A DNA stretch of 64,000 bases. Source: a virus (taxonomy: Duplodnaviria; Caudoviricetes). Of the stretch, positions 46,691 through 56,122 are shown piece after piece. The notes under the pieces are model-generated. The model ran no database searches. It had not been told where the DNA came from and saw nothing but the letters and a program-made list of their open reading frames with translations. How positions within the stretch are numbered: position 1 is the first letter of the stretch; each line of letters opens with the position of its first letter. The position numbers and the translations under genes were made by a program. Location: IMG/VR virus record IMGVR_UViG_3300048927_000140, positions 447-64,446 of that record, one strand, 5' to 3'.

Positions 46691-47626
46691 ATGCCCGCAC
46701 TATCAACCCGAGGAGGCATGACCTCTCAGGGCTTCGGAATGTTCATGCGCGGATCTGGTGGCGCGTCCGAAGCGTTCGCGGTTTTTAATCGCGGTAATAA
46801 TACGGCCTCGCAGTCTGCAAAATATTTTCTGAATCGTGACGTTACCCAGGACTTCAACTATCTGACCTCGGTACAGCGCGGAGGTCTCGCAATGTCGAAC
46901 TCGGAGAAGCTGATTTCAAGCTGGGGCTTCCTGGCCGGCAATACTGGTGTGACCGGTTTTACGCTGCTGAATTTTGCCGACAGTTCGGTAGCAAACGGGG
47001 ATCTGCTGGCAGCTTCACGTAATGGCATGGCGACCAGCATCGCCACAGACGGCCTGTACAACACCAACGGAACCACAGCAGTAGCCTCGGCTCTGACCTA
47101 TAAGTACAACTGGTCTTCAGGCGCGCAGGCTGGCAGCACTAACTTGACCGTAGTAGCCAACTTTGGAGCGATGGCCACGAATGCGACAACCGCAATTGCG
47201 TGTCTAGGCAATGCAGGTCGCGTGACCAACCTGTATACCTGGGCATCCGCAGCAGTGATCGCAGGTCCGCAAACCCCTGTCGCCACTCAGACCCCAACAA
47301 TGTGTGCCGCAGGGAATGCTGACATGGCGATCTTTGGCGGGTCCAGCACAGCCCCAAATAATAACAAGTACACTTATGCCAACAACGCTCTTGTGGCCCA
47401 CACAATTGCGCTTGTGAACGGAAGCGCTGTAGCATCAGCGTCCGCAGGTAACGAGACCTATGGTATCTTCCACAATATATCGAATCCAACAGGATCAAAT
47501 GTACAGAACAGGAAGTTGAGCTATGCTCCGGACACCTCGGTTAACGGAACAAACTTTTCATTTGCATCAAACACGCCAACGGCCGCCTCCAATGGCATTG
47601 CCGGCGTAACATCTGCGGCTGCTTGA
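46691..47626 (+). CDS. Six-repeat propeller-like putative fibre-tip adhesin B1
   Basis: MPALSTRGGMTSQGFGMF start; KYNWSS, LYTWAS, KYTYAN repeats; AASNGIAGV end. Confidence 0.65.
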   Translation: MPALSTRGGMTSQGFGMFMRGSGGASEAFAVFNRGNNTASQSAKYFLNRDVTQDFNYLTSVQRGGLAMSNSEKLISSWGFLAGNTGVTGFTLLNFADSSVANGDLLAASRNGMATSIATDGLYNTNGTTAVASALTYKYNWSSGAQAGSTNLTVVANFGAMATNATTAIACLGNAGRVTNLYTWASAAVIAGPQTPVATQTPTMCAAGNADMAIFGGSSTAPNNNKYTYANNALVAHTIALVNGSAVASASAGNETYGIFHNISNPTGSNVQNRKLSYAPDTSVNGTNFSFASNTPTAASNGIAGVTSAAA

Positions 47627-47720
47627 GGACCATCAAAAGCAATGCCTTAGATCCCGCATCGGGGTTGGGTAACACTTGGCAGCTCCGAAGTGGCCTGCCA
47701 AACTTATTAAGGAGAATCAA

Positions 47721-48629
47721 ATGCCAGCACTATCAACGCGTGGGGCTATGTCGGGTAATGGCTTCGGGATGTTTTCCACCCGCCTGAAGCCTTTGTATCC
47801 GGCTGGACAGTTTGGCGTCTATTACGCCGCGGCCACGTACTACAAATACACATATGCGAACGACTCTGTTGTAACACATGGGGTCAGTGGTGCAACCGCA
47901 TCGACGGCCTTCAAGGCTTGCTGCGCAAACGTGTGGGAAGGTCTATACACCGTGGGCACCGGCGGTAGTCTGTGTCAGCGCCTGAACTGGAGCGCGAGTA
48001 CGATTGCCTCCCGAAGCCCTGGCCTGATTAATGCGTCGCAGTTCTTCTCCGGCACTGGAAATGACGTTCAGGGGATTATACCGACCACGGTCGGATCGAC
48101 GGCCGGTACCAACATCTACACCTTTGTGGCCAACACGCTCGTAGCCGGCACTAACATGGGCACTTTTGGCACGAACGGCGGCGCCTGCGGTAACAGGGAC
48201 TTCGGACTGTTCTGCGTTGGTGGCAGTTCCGGTTCTGCGGGCGCGCTGACCAACGTCAAATACTTCCATAGCAGTGGCGGTGTAGCCAATGGTACTGCGT
48301 TCACCGGCTCGGCAACAAACAACGGAGCGGCGTCCATTGCTGAATTCGGCATCATAGGACGAGGACAGAATGCGGTGCTGCAATCGTTCAAGTACACGTT
48401 TGCCAACGACGCGGTTGCTCCTGCTACGGCGTTTAAAGCCGCGCGTCAGGCTGCGGGTGCCTGGGGTAATGACGTTGTAGGTGTCTTTGCCACCAACGCT
48501 GTGAACACCTTTGACCGATATTTGTATGCAGCCGATACCACAACTCTGGTTACTGCTGCACCAGTGAACGTTGCTCAGGGTGCGCAAGGAGCAACGAACG
48601 GCATTCCAGGCGTGAGTTACTTCGGCTAA
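47721..48629 (+). CDS. Six-repeat propeller-like putative fibre-tip adhesin B2
   Basis: AAGGAG RBS before ATG 47721; MPALSTRGAMSGNGFGMF start; KYTYAND, KYTFAND, RYLYAAD repeats; ATNGIPGV end. Confidence 0.65.
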   Translation: MPALSTRGAMSGNGFGMFSTRLKPLYPAGQFGVYYAAATYYKYTYANDSVVTHGVSGATASTAFKACCANVWEGLYTVGTGGSLCQRLNWSASTIASRSPGLINASQFFSGTGNDVQGIIPTTVGSTAGTNIYTFVANTLVAGTNMGTFGTNGGACGNRDFGLFCVGGSSGSAGALTNVKYFHSSGGVANGTAFTGSATNNGAASIAEFGIIGRGQNAVLQSFKYTFANDAVAPATAFKAARQAAGAWGNDVVGVFATNAVNTFDRYLYAADTTTLVTAAPVNVAQGAQGATNGIPGVSYFG

Positions 48630-48683
48630 TCTACTAATTTCATCGCACACAAAAACCCTTCCACGTAATAAAGGAGAATTACT

Positions 48684-49409
48684 TTGAACGCCAAGCCACA
48701 TCGCCAGAACTCTGGCTTCCAGCTGCGCCACTTTCTGGTCGGCAGCTGCACCACTCCGGACGGCGCCTACGTATTGATGTACGGCCAACTGATCGATATG
48801 CAGGGCAAGTTGCGCCATGCAGAGTCGCAGTTGAAGGCCCGGCAGGCCAAGCTGAAGGCCGCAGAAGCAAAAGAGGCCAAAGCTAACTTCGAGCTAGAGC
48901 AAGCGAAAGACCCAGGACGTGCGGCGCCGGCCCATGAAGTTCTGCAAGCCGAGGCCGACGCGCTACAAGCACAGGCCGACCGTCTGGAAATCGAAGCCGA
49001 CATTCCAACCTGGGACATGAACTTCGAGGCTGCCCAGGCCGAGTTGGCCGATATTGAGAAACTCATGCTCGAACTCAAGCCACGCTGTAAGTATGCCCAT
49101 CTTCCGATTCTGGAGATGAGCGAGAAATCTCAGGAAGAGGAGTGGCTGGGTGAGTTGAAGCAGCGCGCCGAGAACTTCCTGCTGACGGCCGGCACGATTC
49201 CGCACGATCATTTCCAGACCATGCGCATGCACCCGCAGTTCAAAACCCATCTGGTGCCACACATTCAGATAATGCACGACAAGATCAACACCATCGGTGC
49301 ACGCTATCAAGACGGACCACAGAAAGGGCAACTGGTCGAGGGTGTGTTGCCCAACATGGCTGCGCTGATGATGCAGATGGAAGAACCACAATTGCTGCTG
49401 GAGGGGTAA
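48684..49409 (+). CDS. Coiled-coil protein, possible fibre/adhesin assembly factor
   Basis: AAGGAG RBS with TTG start; long heptad region; MRMHPQF. Confidence 0.6.
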   Translation: MNAKPHRQNSGFQLRHFLVGSCTTPDGAYVLMYGQLIDMQGKLRHAESQLKARQAKLKAAEAKEAKANFELEQAKDPGRAAPAHEVLQAEADALQAQADRLEIEADIPTWDMNFEAAQAELADIEKLMLELKPRCKYAHLPILEMSEKSQEEEWLGELKQRAENFLLTAGTIPHDHFQTMRMHPQFKTHLVPHIQIMHDKINTIGARYQDGPQKGQLVEGVLPNMAALMMQMEEPQLLLEG

Positions 49410-49410
49410 C

Positions 49411-49614
49411 ATGGACTTCGGAGACATTGGACAGGAAGCAACTGAGATTCGCACCGAAGCTCTGATAAGGGCTAAGCGTGCCGAAGCTAGGACTACCCTA
49501 GAGATTACCGGTATCTGCCATAATCCGAGGTGCGAAGACGATTGCGGCAACAAGGCCTTTTGTGGGCCCAAATGCCGCGATGAGTACGACAAGCTCAAGG
49601 AGAGAATGCAATGA
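49411..49614 (+). CDS. DksA/TraR-like C4 zinc-finger protein
   Basis: MD..D..QE N-terminus; CHNPRC...FCGPKCRDEY. Confidence 0.7.
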   Translation: MDFGDIGQEATEIRTEALIRAKRAEARTTLEITGICHNPRCEDDCGNKAFCGPKCRDEYDKLKERMQ

Positions 49615-50000
49615 CGGACTATATTCGCGGACCCGCCAGTCCGCCACAAAGCTTTGGCCTACAGCTACGAGTCATGGCCGGGCGCAATCAGGTTCAGCGG
49701 CAGCTGGGTAACTTCAATGCTCTGTACTCGGCCGACGGAGCATCGATGCAGGAAGCCTACTTTGAGCTGGAGTCGGCCCAAGTCTGGCAGTCGAATCCAG
49801 GCGAGGTTTTTCAGCGCATCGTCATCTCGACGTCCAGCGTAGTGATCTTTGAAGGTGTGCTGCCAGATCTTACGCGGGTAAAGTTCCCGATCAACAAGCT
49901 GGCCGTGTTGGACACGGAATACAAAGCATGGAAGATCACCAATCTCAACACCGAGCGCGTGCGCGGTAATCTGAACTTCGTCAGTAACAGAGCGACCTAA
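49611..50000 (+). CDS. Hypothetical protein
   Basis: ATGA coupling; followed by a terminator. Confidence 0.6.
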   Translation: MTDYIRGPASPPQSFGLQLRVMAGRNQVQRQLGNFNALYSADGASMQEAYFELESAQVWQSNPGEVFQRIVISTSSVVIFEGVLPDLTRVKFPINKLAVLDTEYKAWKITNLNTERVRGNLNFVSNRAT

Positions 50001-50007
50001 GACGACA

Positions 50008-50041
50008 AAAGGGAGTGTCCGAACGTTCGGACACTCCCTTT
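50008..50041. terminator. Bidirectional terminator; perfect 34-bp palindrome
   Basis: AAAGGGAGTGTCCGAAC|GTTCGGACACTCCCTTT between convergent operons. Confidence 0.85.
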
Positions 50042-50064
50042 CTTTTGGTCTGTGCGTCTTAGGA

Positions 50065-51780
50065 TTACCAGGTCAGCGATACAATGCCATCGCCGCCATT
50101 GCCGCCGTCGCCGCCAATACCTACGCTGGTGGCTGCATAGCACGCTCCACCGCCACCGCCGCCGCTTGCATTGCCATCACCGCTGTTACCGTTGGCTCCC
50201 TTGTTACCCGGACCGTTCGTGGCACCGCGTCCACCAGAACCGCCAGTACCGAAGGCTGAAGTGCCGCCTGGGCCACCGGAAGCACCGACGAGTCCGTCGA
50301 TACCGCCAACGCCGCCTGGGGTACCACCGAAACCGCCGTCACCCGTACGTCCTGAGGTACCTCCGTACCCACCGCCTCCGTTACCGCCCGTACCACCGTC
50401 GATAGTTATAGTACCGAACGAGCCAGTCAGTGTAGTAGCAGCTCCGTTCGCGCCGTTAGCACCGCTCGTCCCAGGAGCGCCGCCAATACCGCCAGCGCCG
50501 CCTTGTCCAACAACGATAGTGATGGTCTCACCTGGAGTAACAGCCAGCACCATAGTGTTGACTGTTCGACCCGCACCACCACCGCCGCCACCGCCACCCG
50601 CCCGATAGGCCCAATACGTATTGGTACCATCCGCTCCGATAGGGGTGGGAGGATTGAGCATATACGGCCAGTCTTCTGTCGGGAAGCCGCCGCCACCGCC
50701 ACCGCCACCGCCGCCTGCGCCGCCGCCATCAAGATACAGGAAGTTGACCCCATCTGGAACGACAAACGAATAGGTGCCGGCAGTCGTGTAGTTTGCTGAA
50801 CGTGCCAGCGCTGCTGCTTTGTCGATTGACAGATTCAAGTCAACCTTGCTGCCCTTGATAATTGCCGAACCCGTTGCACCGCCTGTGATGTTGAGCTTCG
50901 TCTGATTGGTCAGCATCGAGTTCAGCAGCACCTTGCTACCAACTGGAGGAGCCACAGGTAGCGGCGTCGTCCACGTGAAGCGAATATTGCTACCCACAAG
51001 AGCTTCCGAGGTGCAGGCCCTGAGATAGCCATCTGCGAATGAGAGCACATACTCATTGGCCAGAGTACCGTCGTTCACGTTCGGCAATTCAGACTGGGCG
51101 AAGGTCACCGAGGTCGTGGTTGCGGCCAGAACAGTGCCGCGTCCAACGCAGTGATAGTTGCCGGCCATTGACCACAAGACTGGCGAAGACTGCACGATCA
51201 ACGTGGAGTTCCCGTAGGTGTCGGGCTCGTGTACGAGAATGGACGGAATGTCTGGGTTGGCCGAAATGCCGGCAGGATATACGTCCGACCAGTAATCGAC
51301 CTCCCAGATATCAGGCGGCAGGCAGTTGGTGTTGATCTTGAACACAGCGACGGCCTGATCCAGCTTCAACAGGCAGTTGAAGGTATAGGTCGACAGCACG
51401 TTGGTGCCCAGCGAACTGTACTTGATCTGCGGAGTGGCGAATGCTGCCTTCGCAAACATGGTCGGGGTCGGATGGGTAGCGTCAACAGCAAGCCACAGCG
51501 CAACCTCGCCGAACTCGAACGGGCCGGCCTCCGCAGGAAGACGACACACAATGTCCAGCGTGTTGTCGCCCACATATTTGTAGGTCAGAGGCGCGCCCTC
51601 GAACAGCAGGTCGCCATTCAGGTCGGTATCGTTCTTGGTCGGCGTGTAGCCATAAGCACTACCGATCTGGAACTTGTCGATGTGAATGAATGGGCCGACT
51701 GGAGTTGCAGTCTGCGCCGTGGCCAGGCCCGCGTTAGTTACTATAAGCTGCGGCGTTTTGAAGTCGTTTGGATCTGCCAT
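50065..51780 (-). CDS. Baseplate-attached tail fibre with glycine-rich C-terminal domain
   Basis: DUF3751-like N-terminus (VTNAG...FQIGS...EVAL); GTYSFVVPDGV...GGGAGGGG, VTPGETITIVVGQGG, GGDGIV. Confidence 0.85.
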   Translation of the reverse strand: MADPNDFKTPQLIVTNAGLATAQTATPVGPFIHIDKFQIGSAYGYTPTKNDTDLNGDLLFEGAPLTYKYVGDNTLDIVCRLPAEAGPFEFGEVALWLAVDATHPTPTMFAKAAFATPQIKYSSLGTNVLSTYTFNCLLKLDQAVAVFKINTNCLPPDIWEVDYWSDVYPAGISANPDIPSILVHEPDTYGNSTLIVQSSPVLWSMAGNYHCVGRGTVLAATTTSVTFAQSELPNVNDGTLANEYVLSFADGYLRACTSEALVGSNIRFTWTTPLPVAPPVGSKVLLNSMLTNQTKLNITGGATGSAIIKGSKVDLNLSIDKAAALARSANYTTAGTYSFVVPDGVNFLYLDGGGAGGGGGGGGGGFPTEDWPYMLNPPTPIGADGTNTYWAYRAGGGGGGGGAGRTVNTMVLAVTPGETITIVVGQGGAGGIGGAPGTSGANGANGAATTLTGSFGTITIDGGTGGNGGGGYGGTSGRTGDGGFGGTPGGVGGIDGLVGASGGPGGTSAFGTGGSGGRGATNGPGNKGANGNSGDGNASGGGGGGACYAATSVGIGGDGGNGGDGIVSLTW

Positions 51781-51792
51781 TGTGGGCCTCAG

Positions 51793-52893
51793 TTAGAACA
51801 GACGACCGCTGATTATGTTGAGCGGTCGTCCTTGGTTGTCACGATTCAGGATGTTCACGTAGTTGCCGAAGCCGAAGTTCTGGTCGGCCAACGTCGGCCA
51901 CGTGGCTTGTGCCGTGTTGTTATTCGCGTCGGTGGCGGTGAACGTGTCGGTCCACGACAGATTCATCAGACCGCTGCCTGGGCTTGCGTGCTGCATCAGT
52001 GGATCGTAGCCAGTCTGCTCCGTCGGGTAGAAGTCCGGGTGCATCTTGATGAACCACTTGCGACGTTGCAGCTGGATCAGCGTAGGAGGCGGAGTTGGAT
52101 TCGCACCAATCAGTATGTTGTCGACCCTGAGTTGCGATGCAAACTGATACAGATAGGCCACAGCCGATGGCAGCACAGAGATCAGGCCGTAGGTGGAATT
52201 GTCGCCGTTGGCATTGATGATAGTGCCCTCCAAAACCAGAGAGACGTTGGTCTTCTGATTGGCAACCAGAATGGCGCCCTGGCCGCTCTGATAGTTGCCG
52301 GTCGGCAGATTGAAGCGCACACCGCTGAAGGTCATGCGCGGAACGCGTCCACTGCGCGGCGGGTTGAAGACCCAGCAGGCGATACCTCCGCCACTAGTCG
52401 GATCCAGCTGAATATTGATGATCGGCCGTTGAAGATCGACGGGCACCCAGGTTGCCATCAGGCCGACGACGCGTGGGTTATCGAAGTCGCCGTACTTTGG
52501 ATCACCCCAGAAGGTGATGGTCATATCGCCGGCCATATTCATCACCTTGCTGTAGGTGAAGGTCTGACCTGCTTTCAACGCAACTACAACCGTGGACTCA
52601 AAGTAACCGCCGTTGAGGTCGCTGATAAGCTGCATCACGTAGTCGAGGGTCTGCAAAGGCGTCGCCTTGTCGCCGTTGTTTGGAGCGTCGATGCCGTTGA
52701 CTGCATCCAGATAGTAGACAGTCTTGCCCGCATACGGGCCGACGTACAGGCCGTCACTGAGCAGCTTGATCTGGTTACCGTTGAACGCGGAAATCGGTAT
52801 CGAATCTCCGCTCAGGCGCTCGTTCGTACCGAGCGGGCGATGGACCGCATCTTTGTAGATGATGGCTTTGTAATACAGAATTGGATCTGCCAT
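51793..52893 (-). CDS. Tail/baseplate-associated protein
   Basis: IS...GNQI....DGLYV; YYLDAVNG.D..NG.KATPL.TL (DUF1565-like cap); within the baseplate operon. Confidence 0.6.
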   Translation of the reverse strand: MADPILYYKAIIYKDAVHRPLGTNERLSGDSIPISAFNGNQIKLLSDGLYVGPYAGKTVYYLDAVNGIDAPNNGDKATPLQTLDYVMQLISDLNGGYFESTVVVALKAGQTFTYSKVMNMAGDMTITFWGDPKYGDFDNPRVVGLMATWVPVDLQRPIINIQLDPTSGGGIACWVFNPPRSGRVPRMTFSGVRFNLPTGNYQSGQGAILVANQKTNVSLVLEGTIINANGDNSTYGLISVLPSAVAYLYQFASQLRVDNILIGANPTPPPTLIQLQRRKWFIKMHPDFYPTEQTGYDPLMQHASPGSGLMNLSWTDTFTATDANNNTAQATWPTLADQNFGFGNYVNILNRDNQGRPLNIISGRLF

Positions 52894-52902
52894 GTTTATT
52901 CC

Positions 52903-54102
52903 TTACCAGTATGGGACCCACTGACCCGGAGCGAGCTGGAAGAAGCCCGTCGGGTTGACCAGCAGGTTAGTGCGTTGAATGCCAACAGCCCTTGCGGCTA
53001 CGCTGACACCGTCTTGGATGGTGTATTGATTCGTGGTGTAGTACGGAATGCGTGCGCTACTGCGCGTCGAGCCCGGAACCTTCATCCACTGAATCGGCCC
53101 ATAGAGCAAGTTAAATTGATTGCTCGGAATCTGATTGCCCAGAAGCTTGACACCGATATCTGCCTCTTCGGCATCCGTCTGGTGTTGAGCATCGTACACC
53201 GGCACCTTCATGGTCAGGGCGTCATCGATGTAAGTCCAGCCAGTGGGCTGTGCAAGCAAGTAGTGATCGCCGATGACGGGGCTTGCGCCCTGCATCGCGT
53301 AATACGTGGATGGTAGTTGCTCCGACTCATGCATCGGCGGAGGCAATGCACCCCTGTTCACGAAGTTGGAGAGCACCAGTTGGCGATCTTCAACTATGGC
53401 TACGGCCACGATGTTGGCCTCGGTGGCACCCGGCACATCAGGCACGATGTACATATCGAAGTTCGCATCGATGGCCCTTAACACCAGATTGTAGTTCGCA
53501 ATCTCGTAGAAGAACTGTTGGAGCGTGAGAATGTCCAGGCCCTTAAGACCGCCCTTGGCTTCGATAGTCACGTGGGTCGTTGGGTACCACGTGCCGCCTT
53601 CCCAGATCGGAGTCCCGATTGCCGAATCGCCTTCGTTGTAGAACTCCTCGTAGTCCTGGGTCCACATGTTGAACACCCTAAGGTCGGAGGACAGACAGTA
53701 GTTGATGAACTCGATGAAGGCTTGCGTGCCTTTCTCGAACCAGTAGATGCCGACGAAGCGACTGATCGTCTGGTACGCATCGTCGGACACGACGCCTGCA
53801 GTCTGTAGCTTCAGACCAAGCATGTTCACCTGCTTGACAACGAGATCCCGATCGGGGAACGACCACGTGTCTTTCGGGATGATGGATCCCTCATCCACAT
53901 AGGTCTCGGTCTCCGGGTTTTGGACCCACATATTACGAATGTTCTCCAAGGTCCGCAGCTGTGCGTCCACAGTAGGCCCGTATACGGCATCCATTGCGTC
54001 GGTGTACGCAACGAAGTACGGATTCGTTATCATGTAGGGCGGCAGCAGCGTAGAGCGCGGGACCGTTATGCCCAGCCGCTTCCTTTCTTTCGCTGATTCC
54101 AT
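52903..54102 (-). CDS. Baseplate wedge protein (P2 gpI/T4 gp7-like)
   Basis: LLPPY, LG.K, YW.EKGT..FIEFI; located between the J-like wedge and the fibre. Confidence 0.65.
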   Translation of the reverse strand: MESAKERKRLGITVPRSTLLPPYMITNPYFVAYTDAMDAVYGPTVDAQLRTLENIRNMWVQNPETETYVDEGSIIPKDTWSFPDRDLVVKQVNMLGLKLQTAGVVSDDAYQTISRFVGIYWFEKGTQAFIEFINYCLSSDLRVFNMWTQDYEEFYNEGDSAIGTPIWEGGTWYPTTHVTIEAKGGLKGLDILTLQQFFYEIANYNLVLRAIDANFDMYIVPDVPGATEANIVAVAIVEDRQLVLSNFVNRGALPPPMHESEQLPSTYYAMQGASPVIGDHYLLAQPTGWTYIDDALTMKVPVYDAQHQTDAEEADIGVKLLGNQIPSNQFNLLYGPIQWMKVPGSTRSSARIPYYTTNQYTIQDGVSVAARAVGIQRTNLLVNPTGFFQLAPGQWVPYW

Positions 54103-54350
54103 TATTCATTCCTCTTATCAAAGTTCCAGCGTGTAGGGCTAAAGCTCGGTCCGAGCTTAGCCGCGTTCGAGTAGCCATGCAGGAGTTCACGGACCTCCGC
54201 AATTGATACCAAATGCTCTGGACACTCAACGATATCTATCCCGCCGCGCGGGACCCGTGCGATGCGTGAGATAAGGCGCGTCACTGCCTCCTCTCGGGAA
54301 CTCGCTTCCTCTACGAAGACGACGTTCCCCTGTTGGTGAGTGTAGATCAT
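54102..54350 (-). CDS. Small hypothetical insert in the baseplate operon
   Basis: 82 aa ORF filling the gap, coupled to both neighbours. Confidence 0.5.
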   Translation of the reverse strand: MIYTHQQGNVVFVEEASSREEAVTRLISRIARVPRGGIDIVECPEHLVSIAEVRELLHGYSNAAKLGPSFSPTRWNFDKRNE

Positions 54351-54352
54351 GG

Positions 54353-56122
54353 TCAGGCGAGTCGAGTTGGTGTGTCTTGAATACGCTGCTGGCGTTCCGC
54401 AAACTGCACGTTGACCTTCAGCGAGGCTATTTTGTTGTAGCGAATCGGAACGTCGGCAGTGCCGGGTGGCTTCACGCCCGGCACGATAGAGCCATCATCG
54501 ATGAACTCCAGCACCACACCAGGGCCGGGAGTTACAGTGCCGAGCAGTCCCACCTCGTTGGCTTTACGACCGTAAATCTTGTACTGGGCAGCGACCTGCA
54601 AAGGCAACCACGTGATCTTGATGGTGTTGTTCGGGCCCATCGCTTTCGTGACCTGTGGGAACACCCAGTTGGCTGGAGGACCTTCTTCACCATCAGCGTT
54701 GACCACGCTGACTCCGTAGGCATACATCAGTTGGCCCAGAGTGCCGGCACCGGTGATGATCTCGTACTCGGTGTTTGGCGAAGGCGGCACGGTGACGATC
54801 ATTGGATCCACAGGATTCTGAACCGTCACATACGACACGGCGCCCTTACCAGCGAGGCGGCACGCATTCTCCAGATCGTAGTTGTAGAAGTTGGTCATCA
54901 GCAGGCCGGCACGTGGCGCAAACAGCTTCTGGATCTGGGTCTCGCAGTCGGCCTGCACTTTCGTCAGCACCGCAGTGTTGAAGCAGTAGACCGTAACCTC
55001 GATATCGCGGAACACGGGGATCGCGTCCTGCCACACAAAGCGCGTGCTGTACATCGTGACCGATTGCAGATACTTGATGTAGTCCTGCTGCTGAGCCTGA
55101 GTCCACGTAGTGGTCGTCAGGGCACTGATACGGATGACATTCATCCACTCCAGAGCCATCGGATTGATATCGCGCTGGGCCTGGGTCACCGAGTCGACGA
55201 TGCCCGGATAGGTGCCAATCGTCGCCAGATACTGCGACTTGGTCACGGCGCTGCTGTACGTACCGAACGCGCCGCTGCTCAGATTCTTGTAGGTCTGGAT
55301 CGGCTGTTCGTCGCCGCCGCCAGTCGGGTTCGCGGTGGCTTTGCCAGTGATCTCCGGATGGCCATCAACCGTCAGAGGTTTGTTGACCAGCGTGACGTTC
55401 GCTCCATCTGCGCCACTGGTGATCGCGTACTGGATGATGACCGTGTCGGTGACCAGCGGCGTATAGCCATACAGTTCGCTACCAAACACGATGAGGCAGC
55501 GACCGTCCGAAGTCGTCAGGTCCGCGTAGGCCGGCAGATTCTTGTAGTTCCACAATGTGCCGAAACTCTTTGGAATCATCGTGTTGTTGATGAACACTCG
55601 AACGTCTTGGTCACTGACCGTGAATTCGTCGTCGTTGGTCAGGAACGTTTGGCGCGGAGATCCCAGGCCGCTCATACCAAAGGCCAAGATGCGACCTTGA
55701 TACAGCGTGGTATTCAGCGGCGTATTCGGATCAAGGAAGATCTGGTCGCGGTTGAAGTAATACTGGCCGCCGATCATGAACTGGGTCATTGGGTCCAGAG
55801 TCTGAGCCACGCCCAAGGACGAGGTCATTGTCACTGGCAGGCCGCATGGCAGCTTGCGGGTCATGCGCAGGCCTTGCATCTGAGTGATCGAACGAATCGC
55901 CGAGTCCGACTGCGCAGTCTCGGAGAATGCGTCGTCGCCAGTCCGTATGTTGCGGCCTTCCATGAAGGTGCCGACAGCGGCAACGAGTTCAACCAAGGTC
56001 TGCGAGGTCTGTGTCGTGAGCGTGCCCTTCCAAACATCAACGTTGTTGAGATAGGACTGGAATGACTCCACGAAGTCGTTGAAGTCTACGGCCTGAGCCG
56101 GTATGGTGAGGTCGGTTGTCAT
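54353..56122 (-). CDS. Baseplate wedge subunit (T4 gp6/baseplate J-like)
   Basis: DFND....SYL, AFSETAQ..S, FG....G..P, GG.DE, AVTKSQY; FN3-like C-terminal insert. Confidence 0.85.
   Translation of the reverse strand: MTTDLTIPAQAVDFNDFVESFQSYLNNVDVWKGTLTTQTSQTLVELVAAVGTFMEGRNIRTGDDAFSETAQSDSAIRSITQMQGLRMTRKLPCGLPVTMTSSLGVAQTLDPMTQFMIGGQYYFNRDQIFLDPNTPLNTTLYQGRILAFGMSGLGSPRQTFLTNDDEFTVSDQDVRVFINNTMIPKSFGTLWNYKNLPAYADLTTSDGRCLIVFGSELYGYTPLVTDTVIIQYAITSGADGANVTLVNKPLTVDGHPEITGKATANPTGGGDEQPIQTYKNLSSGAFGTYSSAVTKSQYLATIGTYPGIVDSVTQAQRDINPMALEWMNVIRISALTTTTWTQAQQQDYIKYLQSVTMYSTRFVWQDAIPVFRDIEVTVYCFNTAVLTKVQADCETQIQKLFAPRAGLLMTNFYNYDLENACRLAGKGAVSYVTVQNPVDPMIVTVPPSPNTEYEIITGAGTLGQLMYAYGVSVVNADGEEGPPANWVFPQVTKAMGPNNTIKITWLPLQVAAQYKIYGRKANEVGLLGTVTPGPGVVLEFIDDGSIVPGVKPPGTADVPIRYNKIASLKVNVQFAERQQRIQDTPTRLA

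Noticed and set aside
36755-48629. Diversity-generating retroelement or invertible cassette acting on the adhesin paralogues
   Set aside because: No reverse transcriptase or invertase in the window, no near-identical template/variable repeat pair seen, and all paralogues share one orientation.
50065-50730. GGC/CCG-rich low-complexity DNA as a tandem repeat element
   Set aside because: Explained by the glycine-rich C-terminal domain of the tail fibre.
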